Below, one piece after another: positions 37,516 through 49,200 of a stretch of DNA of 64,000 bases. Below the pieces are notes generated by a model. It had not been told where the DNA came from. It saw nothing but the letters and a program-made list of their open reading frames with translations, and did no database searches. Position 1 is the stretch's first letter; every line of letters starts with the position of its first letter. A program made the translations under genes and the position numbers. Source of the stretch: Eledone cirrhosa (lineage: Eukaryota); NCBI GenBank assembly GCA_964016885.1, contig OZ024742.1, forward strand, positions 198,586,001-198,650,000. The letters run 5' to 3'.

Positions 37516-37590
37516 TGCATAGCTACAGCTTTCTAAATGTTTATTCATATTCTTTAGAAATACGAAATTCCAATATATAAAATATGTGTG

Positions 37591-37748
37591 TGAGTCCTGG
37601 GCTCAATCGGGATAGTAGCGAGAACAACGAAATTTAATATAGAAATGGCTTCTACAGGACTAGAACTGTTTCATTCATAAAAAATCCTGATGATTTCATA
37701 CAAAACAGTTCTAATCTTGTAGAAGCCATTTCTATATTAAATTTCGTT
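37591..37748. mobile_element. Fold-back Penelope-like remnant (family of 2079-2230)
   Basis: Inverted arms 37626-37675 / 37700-37748 containing GAAACAGTTCTAGTCCTGTAGAAGC; CTGATGA at 37687-37693 in the loop; (TA)n on the right. Confidence 0.6.
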
Positions 37749-38550
37749 AATATATATATATATAACCTGACCCAACTTGCCTCAAACGAGAGAACCTGTC
37801 TAACCCATGCTAGCATGGAAAAATGGAGGTTAAATGGTGATATATATATATCCAACCGTAGAAAGCTTGCCAAACAAGAGGTTAGGAGGACCCTTCAGTT
37901 TGTGTCAAAAGACACAACTTCTCTGCACTCAATATGATCATACTTAAGCAGGATACAGACGCTCGGCTTGTCTGGGAGGTCAGTAGCCCCTCTTCAGTAT
38001 TGTCTTGGTTTCAGTAGACCTGCCCAACCCTTGCTAGCAGAGAAAATAGACATTAAATGATGATGAAGATATGTGTGCGAGTGTGTGCGAGTGTGTGTGT
38101 GTGTGTATTATCATCATCATCATCATTTAATGTTTGCTTTCCCTGCTAGCAAGAGTTGGACAGGTTTACATAGACCAAGACAATACTGAAGAAGGGCTAC
38201 TGACCTCCCAAACAGGCCAGGGGGTCTGTATCTCGCTTAGATCTGGTCTTATGTTCTATTGATATCTATATACGTATATTTCTTTTCCAAATTGGCTAAC
38301 AACAGTGTATGTTTCTCTCCTCTTCACTCTTTCCATTTTATTTTTTACTCTTGTCTGTCTTCCTTTTCTCTCCCAAATATCTTCTCTTCTCTCTCTTCTC
38401 ATGAAAGACTAGCACCCAAAATATAATTTTCAAGGAGATTCATCATCACACTAAGCAGACCTATGATCAAGGACATTTAAGTTGTAATGTGTAAACATCA
38501 TGTCTTTACTGTATATCTGTGGCTGCATTATCTGATGTGTACACTCATTA

Positions 38551-38595
<45 letters not shown>

Positions 38596-38944
38596 AGGTG
38601 TGAATCACCCTTTTCATGACCATATTTTTAATGAAATACATTCTATTTCAATTAATTAATGAAGACTTTTGAGAGATTTACTAAAATTATTAATTATTTC
38701 ATAACTAAGTAACTTAATGTAAGGTTCTTATATAAAATTTTGTTGGAAGATTTTAATTTACATTGGAAACCTTTAGAATGGGTGATTTTATTTCATAGAA
38801 CAAAAGTCAGTTTTCGCTGGGTTGGCAACTAAAGGGTTAAGAGTGTATGAGATTTGGAATGGAGTATTGTCAGTTTTGGTGAGGCTTGTTCTAGTTGTTT
38901 AATCAATGAAACAGTCAGCTCCTGGAATTAAAGTATGTGTAATT

Positions 38945-39280
38945 GAACATTCTACAGACACATGTACTCTTAATGTAATCTCAGGGAGATTCAGTTTGAC
39001 AGAGTGACAAGGCTGAACCTTTGAATTACAAGTAAAATCCATCTTGTATTATAGTGCATGTTACTGAGCAGTCTACTATTCTTAATACAATTCTCAGGGA
39101 GATTCAGCTTGACACAGAGTGTGACAAAGGTGGATCTTTGAACTACAAGTACAGTCTGTCTTAGACTATAGTATATTTGACTGAACATTCTACAGACACA
39201 TGTACTCTTAACAATTCTCAGGGAGACTCAACTTGACACAGTGTCTGACAAAGCCCGGCCTTTGAATTACAAGTACAGTC
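38945..39280. repeat. Three tandem copies of a ~100-130-bp repeat
   Basis: Recurring tctcagggagattcag.ttgacacagagtg.gacaa.g....ctttgaattacaagta. Confidence 0.75.
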
Positions 39281-39520
39281 AATCCAATGGGTTTCTAAAC
39301 AGCTTTCATCAACCAAATTTCACCGGTGATGCTTGGACTGAGCCTAGGTTACGGGAAATGACACTTTTCTGAGGTTTCACAGAGTGGGATTCAATGTGGA
39401 ATCTTATGGTTGTGAAGTGAACATCTTAACTAATCAGCCAGGATACGTCCATAAAGATAGTTGTGATGACAAATACAATGTGTGTTTAGTGGAATGATTG
39501 AAATGAAACAAAATACTTAC

Positions 39521-39598
39521 TTCATAGATACCACGAAAAGAGCCAACCAGCTTTCCTAGGAGTGTTGCAACAATACTTGCTATATGCACAAATGGACC
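39521..39598 (-). CDS. CLCN2: ClC-2-like exon: GPFVHIASIVATLLGKLVGSFRGIYE
   Basis: Completes GKEGPFVH; TTTAG acceptor, GTAAGT donor; phase 0/0. Confidence 0.95.
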
Positions 39599-40982
39599 CT
39601 AAATGAAAAAGATAAAACATATTATATATATATAAGGGTTTAGATTTATATCCAATGATTTTGATCTCATTGCTTAAAACTTGCTCAACAAATTCATTTG
39701 GAGCACACATATAGAATCAGTTATAAGATAACATTCCCAGCCTGAAGTCTAAGCTATGAAAACACTGTAATTATTGTATCGACAGATTAATATATGAAAA
39801 CATTAAAGTACTCACAATTTCATCAACTGAAACAGTCAGTATCCTCCCAGTTTAGCACACAAAAATCCATGTCAAAACTCATACAAATTCCATGGAAAAT
39901 CTGCCAACAATAATAAATCGATAACCAGCAAATTCCAGACAATGGAATTCTCATCAGCCATCAAGTCCATTGAGGGGTTTTCGACATTTTCAAGTCGATG
40001 CTGGTATCCTATGTGTGACATTAACTGCTACTCAGTCAGCAAATAACAGCAGCAGTGGCAGACTGGCTGGGGTTGGCAAAAATGCTGAATATAGCAGTAT
40101 GACTACAATTAAATAAGTACCAGGATTGAGAAAATATGTACTGGGGTCAATATGATGAACTAAATCCCTTCCTGACAGTGCTCCAGAATGGCTGCAGTCT
40201 AATGACTGAAACCAACAAAAGCATAAAAGAATACACCACCATTACCTCCATAACTGCTATTGGCACCGCCACTGCCTCCACCACTAACACCATCACCACC
40301 ACCACCATCATGAAAACCTCCCCCACCACAACCACTACCATCACCACTGTCATTTCCTCTCCTTCCTTTATCATCTTTCAAGCTCTAAAATCCAGTTAAT
40401 CCATAAACTTCCATTCTGATTCTTATTTCAGATATTCAGTATTCAACCAAAAATAGTAAACTTGGCTTAAGTCTTTCATTACTATATTTCAAATGAAGGA
40501 CACGGTCTGTGATATAGAATCAGGAAGGTGTTAGGAAGGGCATCCGGCTTTAAAAAAACCCAAACAATGGGTTGAGAGGTCTCTTCAGCTGTGTCAATGA
40601 CATAAGACACAACAACCTCTCTAGTGCTTGTGTCATAATGAAATACACTCAGAGAGTTTGGGATATTATGTAAGCAAGTTGCAGGCTCCCATTTCATCTG
40701 AGAGGCTAGTATCTCTACTTGAGAACCGACTGTTTGTGAAGACCTGTCCAACCCTTACTAGCAGAGAGAATGGATGTTAAATGATGATAATGATGAGGGA
40801 TTTAGTAATACAATTGAGTAACTCTTTAAGCTGGTGTTTGAAACATCACTTAACAAAAGTTCTTACATAAAATTTTAATGGAGTCTTTTTTAGATAAATA
40901 TAAAATCACTGAAATAAACAGTTTAGTATCATAGAACCAGGGACAGTTCGAGGCAGCTTTAGTATTAAAAGAGTTAAATTAC

Positions 40983-41116
40983 CTCTTTGCCCAGGGGTAG
41001 TGTACTACCCAAGGATGAACAGAGGCCAACAATTTTGGCAACCAGGGTACGGAAGGTAAGATATTCCTTTAGGACAACACCTCGAAGAATGGTTTTCATC
41101 TCTGGAATTCCAGAAC
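40983..41116 (-). CDS. CLCN2: ClC-2-like exon: [45 protein letters not shown]
   Basis: Selectivity motif GSGIPE and gating glutamate GKE; CAG acceptor, GTAATT donor. Confidence 0.96.
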
Positions 41117-42539
41117 CTGACAAAGAAACAAAACAAAAACAAAACTGAGAAACCATCAAACTATCCAATTTATAACTGGTAGTGTTGGGGTGAGGAGGGG
41201 GTATCACATACATCAACATATTTCTAATGAAAAATACTCATATTTAAATAATTTTGAAAACATTAAGAATTGGAAGCGATTTTGTAATATAACTAACATT
41301 CCCATTATTAAACCTTTTTATACCAAATCGCTTGGAACTGTTTGTTTGTTTTAAAGATCTTATATTTATCTAAACACCTTCCATCATAATTTTATGTAAG
41401 AACCTTTTGTTAAGTTATACTTTAAACACCAGCTTAAACCTTTTGTTACATATTTCTTCAAAAATATCAACAATATAGAGGGATTTAATAATATATTAAT
41501 TTCTTCATTATTAATCTGGTGTTTGGATCATAACTTAACAAGTGTTCTGACATAAAATTATGATGGAAAGTTTTTAGATAAACATAAACACCTTAAAACA
41601 GTTTTGTAATGTAGAACCAAGAGTGGTTTCAAATAGATTGGTATCTAAAGTTAAACGTGTTTAACCCCACCATCAGACCCTTTTCATTCATTCATTCATT
41701 TCATTTTACGTCCGCTTTTTCTCTGCTTGCAAGTGTGGGACGGGGACTGATTCTGGCTTGATTTCTACAGCTGGATGCCCTTCCGAACACCAACCTCATT
41801 TACAGTGAGTGCTGGGTGCTTTTTTTTTTGCCGTGGCACCTACACGTCCACTTTGCAGTGGAATGATAGGGACCCCAGTCCCTATCATCTCATTTCTACA
41901 GCTGAGTGAACTGGAGCAATGTGAAATAAAGTGTCTTGCTCAAGGAAACAACACATCACCCGGTACGAGAATTGAACTCACAACCTTTCAATTGCAAGGC
42001 CAATGCTCTAACCACTAAGCCATGTGCCTCCTTGTTTAAGGATACCTTACACTAGTCTCAGAGGCACTGAAAAGGACCATGGGGCACTCCCCTTCCCATC
42101 CCATCCTGATTAAAACAATAAAAAATAAATCTTTGGAGAAATATTGAGAAATATTGTGACAAATTATCATTAGTGGGTCGGATAAATACTCTACAGTATT
42201 TGTTCAGGCTCTCAGCACTGTGAGTTTAAATCTTGCCAATGTCAACTTTACCTTTCAACCCTTCTGGGTCAATAAATATAGGACCAAGGAAGAGCAGAGT
42301 TGTTAGAGCAACTGACTGATTTGATGACTTGCAATATATCTTTCAGCATTTTACCTTTTGGGTGCTCCAGCAATATAACTGGTGTCGAGTTGCCTTTCCT
42401 TTGGAAAACATGGGCTAGTTTTCCACAAAAACACCTTACCTAGGCTGGCACCTTGGAAAGGAAATTGCCAGGTGCAAACCCATCGCAATGGAAGTCCCAA
42501 AATAAAAATCTACCCAGCTTATCAATTCTGAAACGCCCT

Positions 42540-42900
42540 CCAGCTCACAAATGTACTGTCTCCTCTCTCAGTCTGTTCTATCACTATTACATTGGCCTCT
42601 GCTCCTCAGTGATACTCTTCAATTTTTGGCACACAAATGTGCTGGCACCTCTCTTGGTATATTCTACCACTACTACAGTGGCCTCTGCTCCTTGGAACTG
42701 GCTAGTCTCATGCAACCTCAACTCAGATACTATCAACTTAATCATCTTTCCTCCTCTTATCACCCACGTTATGTCCAAACTTCCAAGACCTACACTAACC
42801 ACTATGTCCAGTTCTTTCTGCCCAGAATGGTGGTCTTTTGCAACTCCTTCCCTGTTTCTGTCTTTCTCAAAGGAGTGAACCAGTGACAATTTAAATAGAA
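42540..42900 (+). mobile_element. Decayed 3' end of a CR1-group LINE ORF2
   Basis: SLSLFYHYY.GLCS.EL...HP..V..PR..TNHY...FF.PR...NS.P C-terminal motif, partly duplicated. Confidence 0.55.
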
Positions 42901-43056
42901 CATCCATGGTATTAAACTCACCAGTCACAGAAGACCTATGAAAGTCATGAGCATTGGCTATTCCTCCAGACCAACTAAATAAAGTTTTTAAAAATTAGGG
43001 CAAAGAGAGAGAGAGAGAGAGAGAGAGAAGGAAAATGAGAAGTGTTCAGTACTTAC

Positions 43057-43185
43057 CTATTGCCTGTGGTGAGACAAGGTGTGTGAAACCAGTAGCAAAG
43101 AGTATGAACATTAAGGAGTACGTGACCCAGGCCACAAACTGCAATGCTAAGGAGAAGGACAGTTCTTCAAAGAGCCAGATTTTTG
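43057..43185 (-). CDS. CLCN2: ClC-2-like exon (helix C): AKIWLFEELSFSLALQFVAWVTYSLMFILFATGFTHLVSPQAIG
   Basis: CCTCCAG acceptor, GTAAGT donor; SPQAIG leads into GSGIPE. Confidence 0.93.
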
Positions 43186-43679
43186 CTGGAGGAAAATAAA
43201 AACAAAATATAAACAATGCATATATATTAAAGCTGTTGTAAATTTCATGTAAAACATCCATCACACAGGAAAGGGGATGATGTGTGTGTAAAAGAGAGAA
43301 GTGGTATCGGTGGTGGTATGTTTTTTATCTCATGCTATGACAAGTCTTTATGGAAAGGGGGTGATAAGAGAGTGTGTGCAAGAGAGAGAGAGTCCTGTAC
43401 ATCTTATTTGTGTTTATATAGCTTATAAATAAAACCCGTGTATATAATCATATTTAGATTAAGTACACTGTCTCCCTCCATGTCGCAAGAAGCAACTAAA
43501 AAAATTTGTGGCAGCATTAAAAGGTCCTGTCCAACCCATACCAACATGAAAACGGTGCCAGAGCCTTGAGAGACCAACACCAAACCAAATTTCAGCCCGG
43601 AGCATATCAATGAATCGAAACAACAGAAGTACGCTTTATTTCATCTTTATGTTTTTCTGTTTTTTCTATTCAAATTCTA

Positions 43680-43738
43680 GCTGTCTGATGAGTTCATAGC
43701 TGTTGCATAACGGGTATCACCGAAATATATATAACAGC
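43680..43738 (+). ncRNA. Type I hammerhead ribozyme motif in an interspersed repeat (43592-43770)
   Basis: GCTGT-CTGATGA-[30 nt, G...C]-GAAA-T-ATAT-A-TA-ACAGC: perfect 5-bp stem I, AUA cleavage triplet, palindromic loop III; deleted paralogue at 14381-14540. Confidence 0.65.
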
Positions 43739-43903
43739 AACTAGGAATAAACAAAGTTAATTTTAAACCCTTTTTGCAACCATATTTCTATAATCTCTTG
43801 TGTGATGAGCCTCTAAGGCTCAAGGCAGACTTTAAACCTTTTTCCGACCATATTTTTATAATCTCTGGTGTGGTGAGCTACTAAAACTCAAGGTAGACTT
43901 TAA

Positions 43904-44124
43904 CCCTTTAGCATTTAAACTGGCCATATCCGGCCAGAATTCTCTCACCTCTTTCTGTTCAAACCGGCTATAACTGGCCACTCATACTGGTGTTAAGATA
44001 ATGTTCTCAAAATAAATAATATCAAAATCTCATAGATTTGATATTATGTGAGATAATTATGCAGGGTAAAGCCTTTACCGTGAAAATATAATGGTATATA
44101 TAGAATAATGTAAATGCTAAAAGG
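43904..44124. mobile_element. piggyBac-like MITE
   Basis: TTAA-CCCTTTAGCATTTA...TAAATGCTAAAAGG; fragment of the same family at ~21013-21075. Confidence 0.6.
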
Positions 44125-44788
44125 TTTTGCACTATATTTTGCTACTATATTTCTCTGATTTTTAAATAATTCTGAAAATAATCAAGAACAATTTACTAAT
44201 ATAATTTTCTCAATATTAAGCTGATATTTGGAGGATAACTTAATAAAGGTTCTTACATAAAATTATGATGGATGCTTTTTAGCTAAATATAAACACTTTA
44301 CGTTTCTCATAGATGACAGTGGCTATAATTTTCAAATAATTTTGAAAATAATCATGAATTTGGTGGTATTTAGTAATATAAATAATTTTCTCATTTCTAA
44401 GCTGATGTTTGGAACATAACTAAACAAAGATTCTCACATAAAAGTATGTAAGGTTTTTAGATAAATATAAACACTTTAAAACAAGCAGTTTTGGATTGTA
44501 ATAGGTTTCTATCTGTGTCAAAAACCAGGAATGTTTTATTTGTTTTCAACATGTCAGCCAAAAGACCATCAGAAAAATTAACAATATGTTTATCTGGGAG
44601 TAAACAACAAATGTCTTGTTGATTGTAAACAATAGGGGTGTTGCTACCCACTGAAGGTTTATTGTTCATAACCAGTCATGCAGATTTCCTCCCTACCATA
44701 TAAAGAGGCTTAGAAGCACTAAAAAATCAGGTAGCACTTAGATGTTTGACAAAATGTTATTGTCAAAAAGTCATCTCAGATCCCAAAT

Positions 44789-44842
<54 letters not shown>

Positions 44843-44850
44843 ACATACAT

Positions 44851-44893
<43 letters not shown>

Positions 44894-45949
44894 CTTCAAG
44901 GCCACAGAATTGAGAGATTACAGCTTTGATACACTACAAGCATATGGTTAGAATGTCATAGGAAAGAACCGCTGGACAGATTTTATGGGCAAAACCAACT
45001 GGCACGAGACATAGTTGAAGGATTGTTTGAGGACTCTGCCCTAACAATCTATCATTTTCAAATAATTTTGAAAATAAGGAATTTGGAGGGATTTTAATAA
45101 TATAACTTTCTCATTATTAACTTGGTGATTGGAACTTAATGAATTTTCTTTAAAATTATGATGGAAAGTTTGTAATGAGCGAAAGAATACGATTGCTATC
45201 ACAACCGGCCAAAATGGGTTTCCTCCTAAGAGTCTTTGGAGTAATGTTACACAATAGAATGCATAGCTCAGAGATCAGAGTCACTCCAGGTAGAGCCACT
45301 ACTTCTCTGAATGGAGAGATTACAGCTCCAATACTATGGGCATGTGGTTAGAATGGGTCAGGAAAGAATTGCTGGACAGATTTTATGGGCAAAACCAACA
45401 GGCAGGAGATCCAGGGTTAGACCCTGAGCAAGATGGTTGGATAACATCCATGAGCTTGTCCTGATCAGTTGGAGGTGTTTGCTTCTGACAGGACTCGCTG
45501 AGGATTTTGCTCCCACAACCTTTCCAGGAATAAGTGAGAAAGAAGAAAGATCACAGAATGAAAGGCAGTGTCAGGTGGTTAGGTATCAAAAGGGTTAACT
45601 AAACAACTAACAGTAATATAGCAGGACTATGGTTATCAACAACAGAGATCAACATGAAAGGATACTTTCAGTCAATAAACTCTCTCGTTCTTGTTCTCTC
45701 TCTCTCTGTACAATCAACCCAACCATGAAAGTATTGAATTAAGACCATATTAACACCAATCTACTTCATCTCTCTCTCTCTGTCACACTTTGTATAACTC
45801 TCCCACACTCTATAACTCAACCTCTCTCATACTCTTTAATTCACTTGCCCTCTCTCACACCTCTGTATAACTCTCTCTCTCTGTATATATATTTGTATCA
45901 TTTTCTTGTTTGTTCCCCCTCCCTTTCTAACTCCTCTTGCCCATGCCCT

Positions 45950-46260
45950 TAACCACCACCACTGCTAACGCCACCTTCAACATCAGCAAGAATACCACTA
46001 CTACTACTACAAACAACAATATCAGCACCATCACTACAAACACCGCCATCGCCACCACTACAATCAGCAAGAACACCACCACCAGTACTACAAACAACAC
46101 CACAACTACCACCATCACAACTACCACTATCACTACAAACACTATTAACACCACCATGGCCTACCATCATTGCCACCAGCAACAACAACAAGAATACTAC
46201 CACCAGTAATACAAACAACACCATCACAACTATTACCACCACAACCACAACTACTGCCAA
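45950..46260. repeat. Degenerate (ACC/ACT/ACA)n trinucleotide tract
   Basis: Directly visible; gives poly-Thr and poly-Val pseudo-ORFs. Confidence 0.85.
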
Positions 46261-46504
46261 CCATTGGCCAGTATTTTAATCCGTTCATTACTATATTGCT
46301 GCCCATATGGTCCTCTCAGGAATAAGTGGGATGAAGAGGAGGTAGAGAAGAAGAAAAGGAAGTTTTAATATAAGGATAAACATTTTAAAATGAGCAGTTT
46401 TGTATAATAAATCCAGGGCAGTTTCAAGGTGTTTGGTATCAAAAGAGTTCATCGTGATTATTTGTGGTGTAAATGGTGTCAGTAGCCTGTATCATTATAT
46501 ATCA

Positions 46505-46690
46505 TTGCGGTGGATTGGCGGTAGAGGGTCGGACGCCATGCTTTGCAGCAAAGAGTTACGGCCCTTTATGGTCTGAGTTCAAATCCCGCCGAGGTTAACT
46601 TTGCCTTTCATCCTTACGGGGTCGATAAAATAAAGTACCAGTAATGTACAGGGTAATTGCTGGCCTTGTGCCAAAAAGTAGAAAATTATT
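46505..46690 (+). mobile_element. tRNA-derived SINE with Meta-domain-like core (representative of roughly 20 copies or fragments in the window)
   Basis: A-box-like tggcggtagag, B box gagttcaaatccc, core gcctttcatccttacggggtcgataaaataaagtaccag, 3' end ggccttgtgccaaaaagtagaaa. Confidence 0.8.
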
Positions 46691-48061
46691 TATTAACCTT
46701 TTTCATACCAAAATGCCTGAAACTGCCCATGGTTCTATAATACAGAATTAGAGTTTTGATATTTATCAAAAAACCACCCATCATAGTTTTATGTAAGAAT
46801 CTTAGTTAAATTATGCTCCAAACACCAGCTTAGCTCTTTTGTTACCACATTTCTCATGAAAATGATCATTATTATAGTCAAGTAGTTTTGAAAATATCAA
46901 GGAATTATTTTTCTTTGTCCACCTCAAGCATGGCAATAAAGCCACTAAAATGCAAAGGGTTACTGTGAAGGGAGTATAACAAGGCAGAGGGAACATAATT
47001 CAAAGAGAGAGAAGATAGCAATTGATGTTGCTTTTGAATTTTTGCAAATTGTATTGGTGAAGAAAACAAGAAGCTGGAAAAGAATTCCATAGGTGAGATG
47101 TGCAAGTGAAGAATCTATCAGAATAGAATTTGCGATTGCATTTACGAATTATGTAAAAACATTTCTTATGTTTCAAACACCAGCTTAAAAAATGAGAAAG
47201 TTTTATTTATTACTATTAGTTGATATTCAAAATTATTTGAAAATCATAGGCATTGTCTTTCATTAGAAATATGATCAAGAAAAGGTTTAAATGCTTATAT
47301 TTATCTAACACCTTCCATCATAATTTTATGTTAGAACCTTTGTTAAGTTATGTGCCAAACACAAACTTAATATTGAGAAAGATTACTAAATCCTTCAAAT
47401 TCTTGATTATTTTAATATGATTTGAGAAACTTTCCATCATATTTTTATGTAAGAACATTTAAGTTGTTACAAAAACCAACTTAATAACAAGAAAGTTATG
47501 TTACTAAAATCCCTCCAAATTTTTTTTAATTATTTTCGAAATTATTTACAAATCATAGGCAGTGTCTATCATTAGAAATATGGTTATGAAAGGGTCTAAA
47601 GTGTTTATATTAATATAAAAAACCTTTTGTCATAACTTTAAGCAAGAAAAATGGTAACATTTGCTCATTCTGAGCCTCAGGATTGTAGAATCTGAGGTGA
47701 ATGTTGCCTTATGAGCCTAGTGAACAGAATTGAAAGCGTTACCCAGAGAATGGCAAAGAGGTGTGCTGAAAGAGCCATTCCAAATAATTGAATTCATTCT
47801 TGCAGGTACCAACTCTGACTCAATACCGGTGAGTAATGAGGTGGTTCAGGGATTCAGAATGCCAGGAATTTCCACCACTATAGGTTCGATGATAAACCTA
47901 TCAGAAATTGGACAGTAGTTCAACAACTTGCAATCTACAGTTTGTCAAGAAATGAAGCCTGGGTCAGCTACTGGATTCATCAAGTAGCTGAAGGTGTTCC
48001 AAAGAAAGTTACTTATATTACTAAATCACACTGAATTCTTGATTATTTTCAAAATTATAGG

Positions 48062-48435
48062 TCCAGACATGTCTGTGTGGTTAAAGGATTCACTTCATAA
48101 CAATGTGATTCTGGGTTCAATCTTTCTACACGGCACCTTGTGCAAATATCTTCCACTATAGCCTCAGATTGACCAGTGCCTTGTGAGTGGAATTTGGTAA
48201 ACAGAAAACTTAGAAGCAAGCCCACTATATGTGTGTGTGTGTGTGTACATACACATGTATGTGTGTGTGTCTATGTTTAGGTCCTGTCACTTAGCAGTTT
48301 ATTAAAAAGGGATCGATAAGCTGAATACCAGACTTGAAAAAATAAGTATTGGGGTTGATATGATCAACTAAGTAAGGCATTGCTCCAGCATAGCTGCAGT
48401 CTGATGACTGAAACAAGTAAACAAAAGTAATAGAA
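48062..48435 (+). mobile_element. tRNA/CORE-type SINE with internal (TG)n
   Basis: tgtggttaa...gggttcaatc head, ggcaccttgtgcaaatatctt CORE-like segment, gcagtct.atgactgaaac tail; relatives near 36600, 39290, 41880 and 50355. Confidence 0.65.
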
Positions 48436-48629
48436 AAGAAAACATTTTTCATTAAAGATATCGTAATGAAAGGGTTCACTTGTCAGTGGCCATGTAGCAG
48501 TGCTAAACAAGCTGTAGTAAATATCAAGAACAAACTGTACACAAATAGTTCAACTAATATAAGAAAGAAAATTAGACAAGGAGCCAGCCAACTCAGCCCC
48601 AGTACATAACAGGTACTTTATTTATCAGC

Positions 48630-49200
48630 CCACACTTAGAATTTGCATCACCAGTCTTGAACCACTATCTTGCTCAGAATATTGACTTACCTCCTGGAAA
48701 CTGTTCAGAGACGTACAACCAAGCGAATACACTCCATCAGGCATCTACCATACTCTGAACGCCTTGCTTCCCTGGACATGGATACATTGAAGCTCCGACA
48801 TCTGGCAATGGACTTGGTAAACACCCACAAAATTATTAACCATCTTGCCAACAACAACCCTGAGCACCTTTTTGATCTCCATGTGTCTAACACATGTGGA
48901 CAAGCCTACAAAGTCAGAAAACAGCACAGCTCCTATGACTTTCGGAAACATTTTTTAACGCTCAGAGTTGCTGAAGCATGGAACAAACTACCTGCATCAG
49001 TTGTTAGCTGTCAAGACACTGCATCCTTTAAAACTTCCATGCTTCCTGAGATTTGCCAACACTGCACCTGATGCCCCCCCCCCATACACACACACATATG
49101 TATTTCATGACTCATACACTTTTCCTTTGATGAGTTGTAGTGCACCTGAGCACTGTACACAATAATTTCATTATTATTATTATTATTATTATTATCATTA
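48630..49200 (+). mobile_element. CR1-type LINE 3' fragment with (ATT)n tail
   Basis: LETVQRR.TK, YSERL..L....L..R, RKHF...RV..AWNKLP; tail gtagtgcacctgagcactgtacacaataatttc(att)n, also inverted at 9838-9878. Confidence 0.85.

Noticed and set aside
45927-46260. Poly-Thr/poly-Val mucin-like ORFs (also 40136-40399)
   Set aside because: Degenerate trinucleotide repeats with no splice or homology support.
46505-46600. tRNA genes at A/B-box motifs
   Set aside because: SINE heads without a cloverleaf, followed by SINE core and tail.
48401-48420. CTGATGA-CT-GAAAC as a hammerhead
   Set aside because: No stem I or II; other copies of this SINE tail read ctaatga or ttaatga (near 40199 and 50380).
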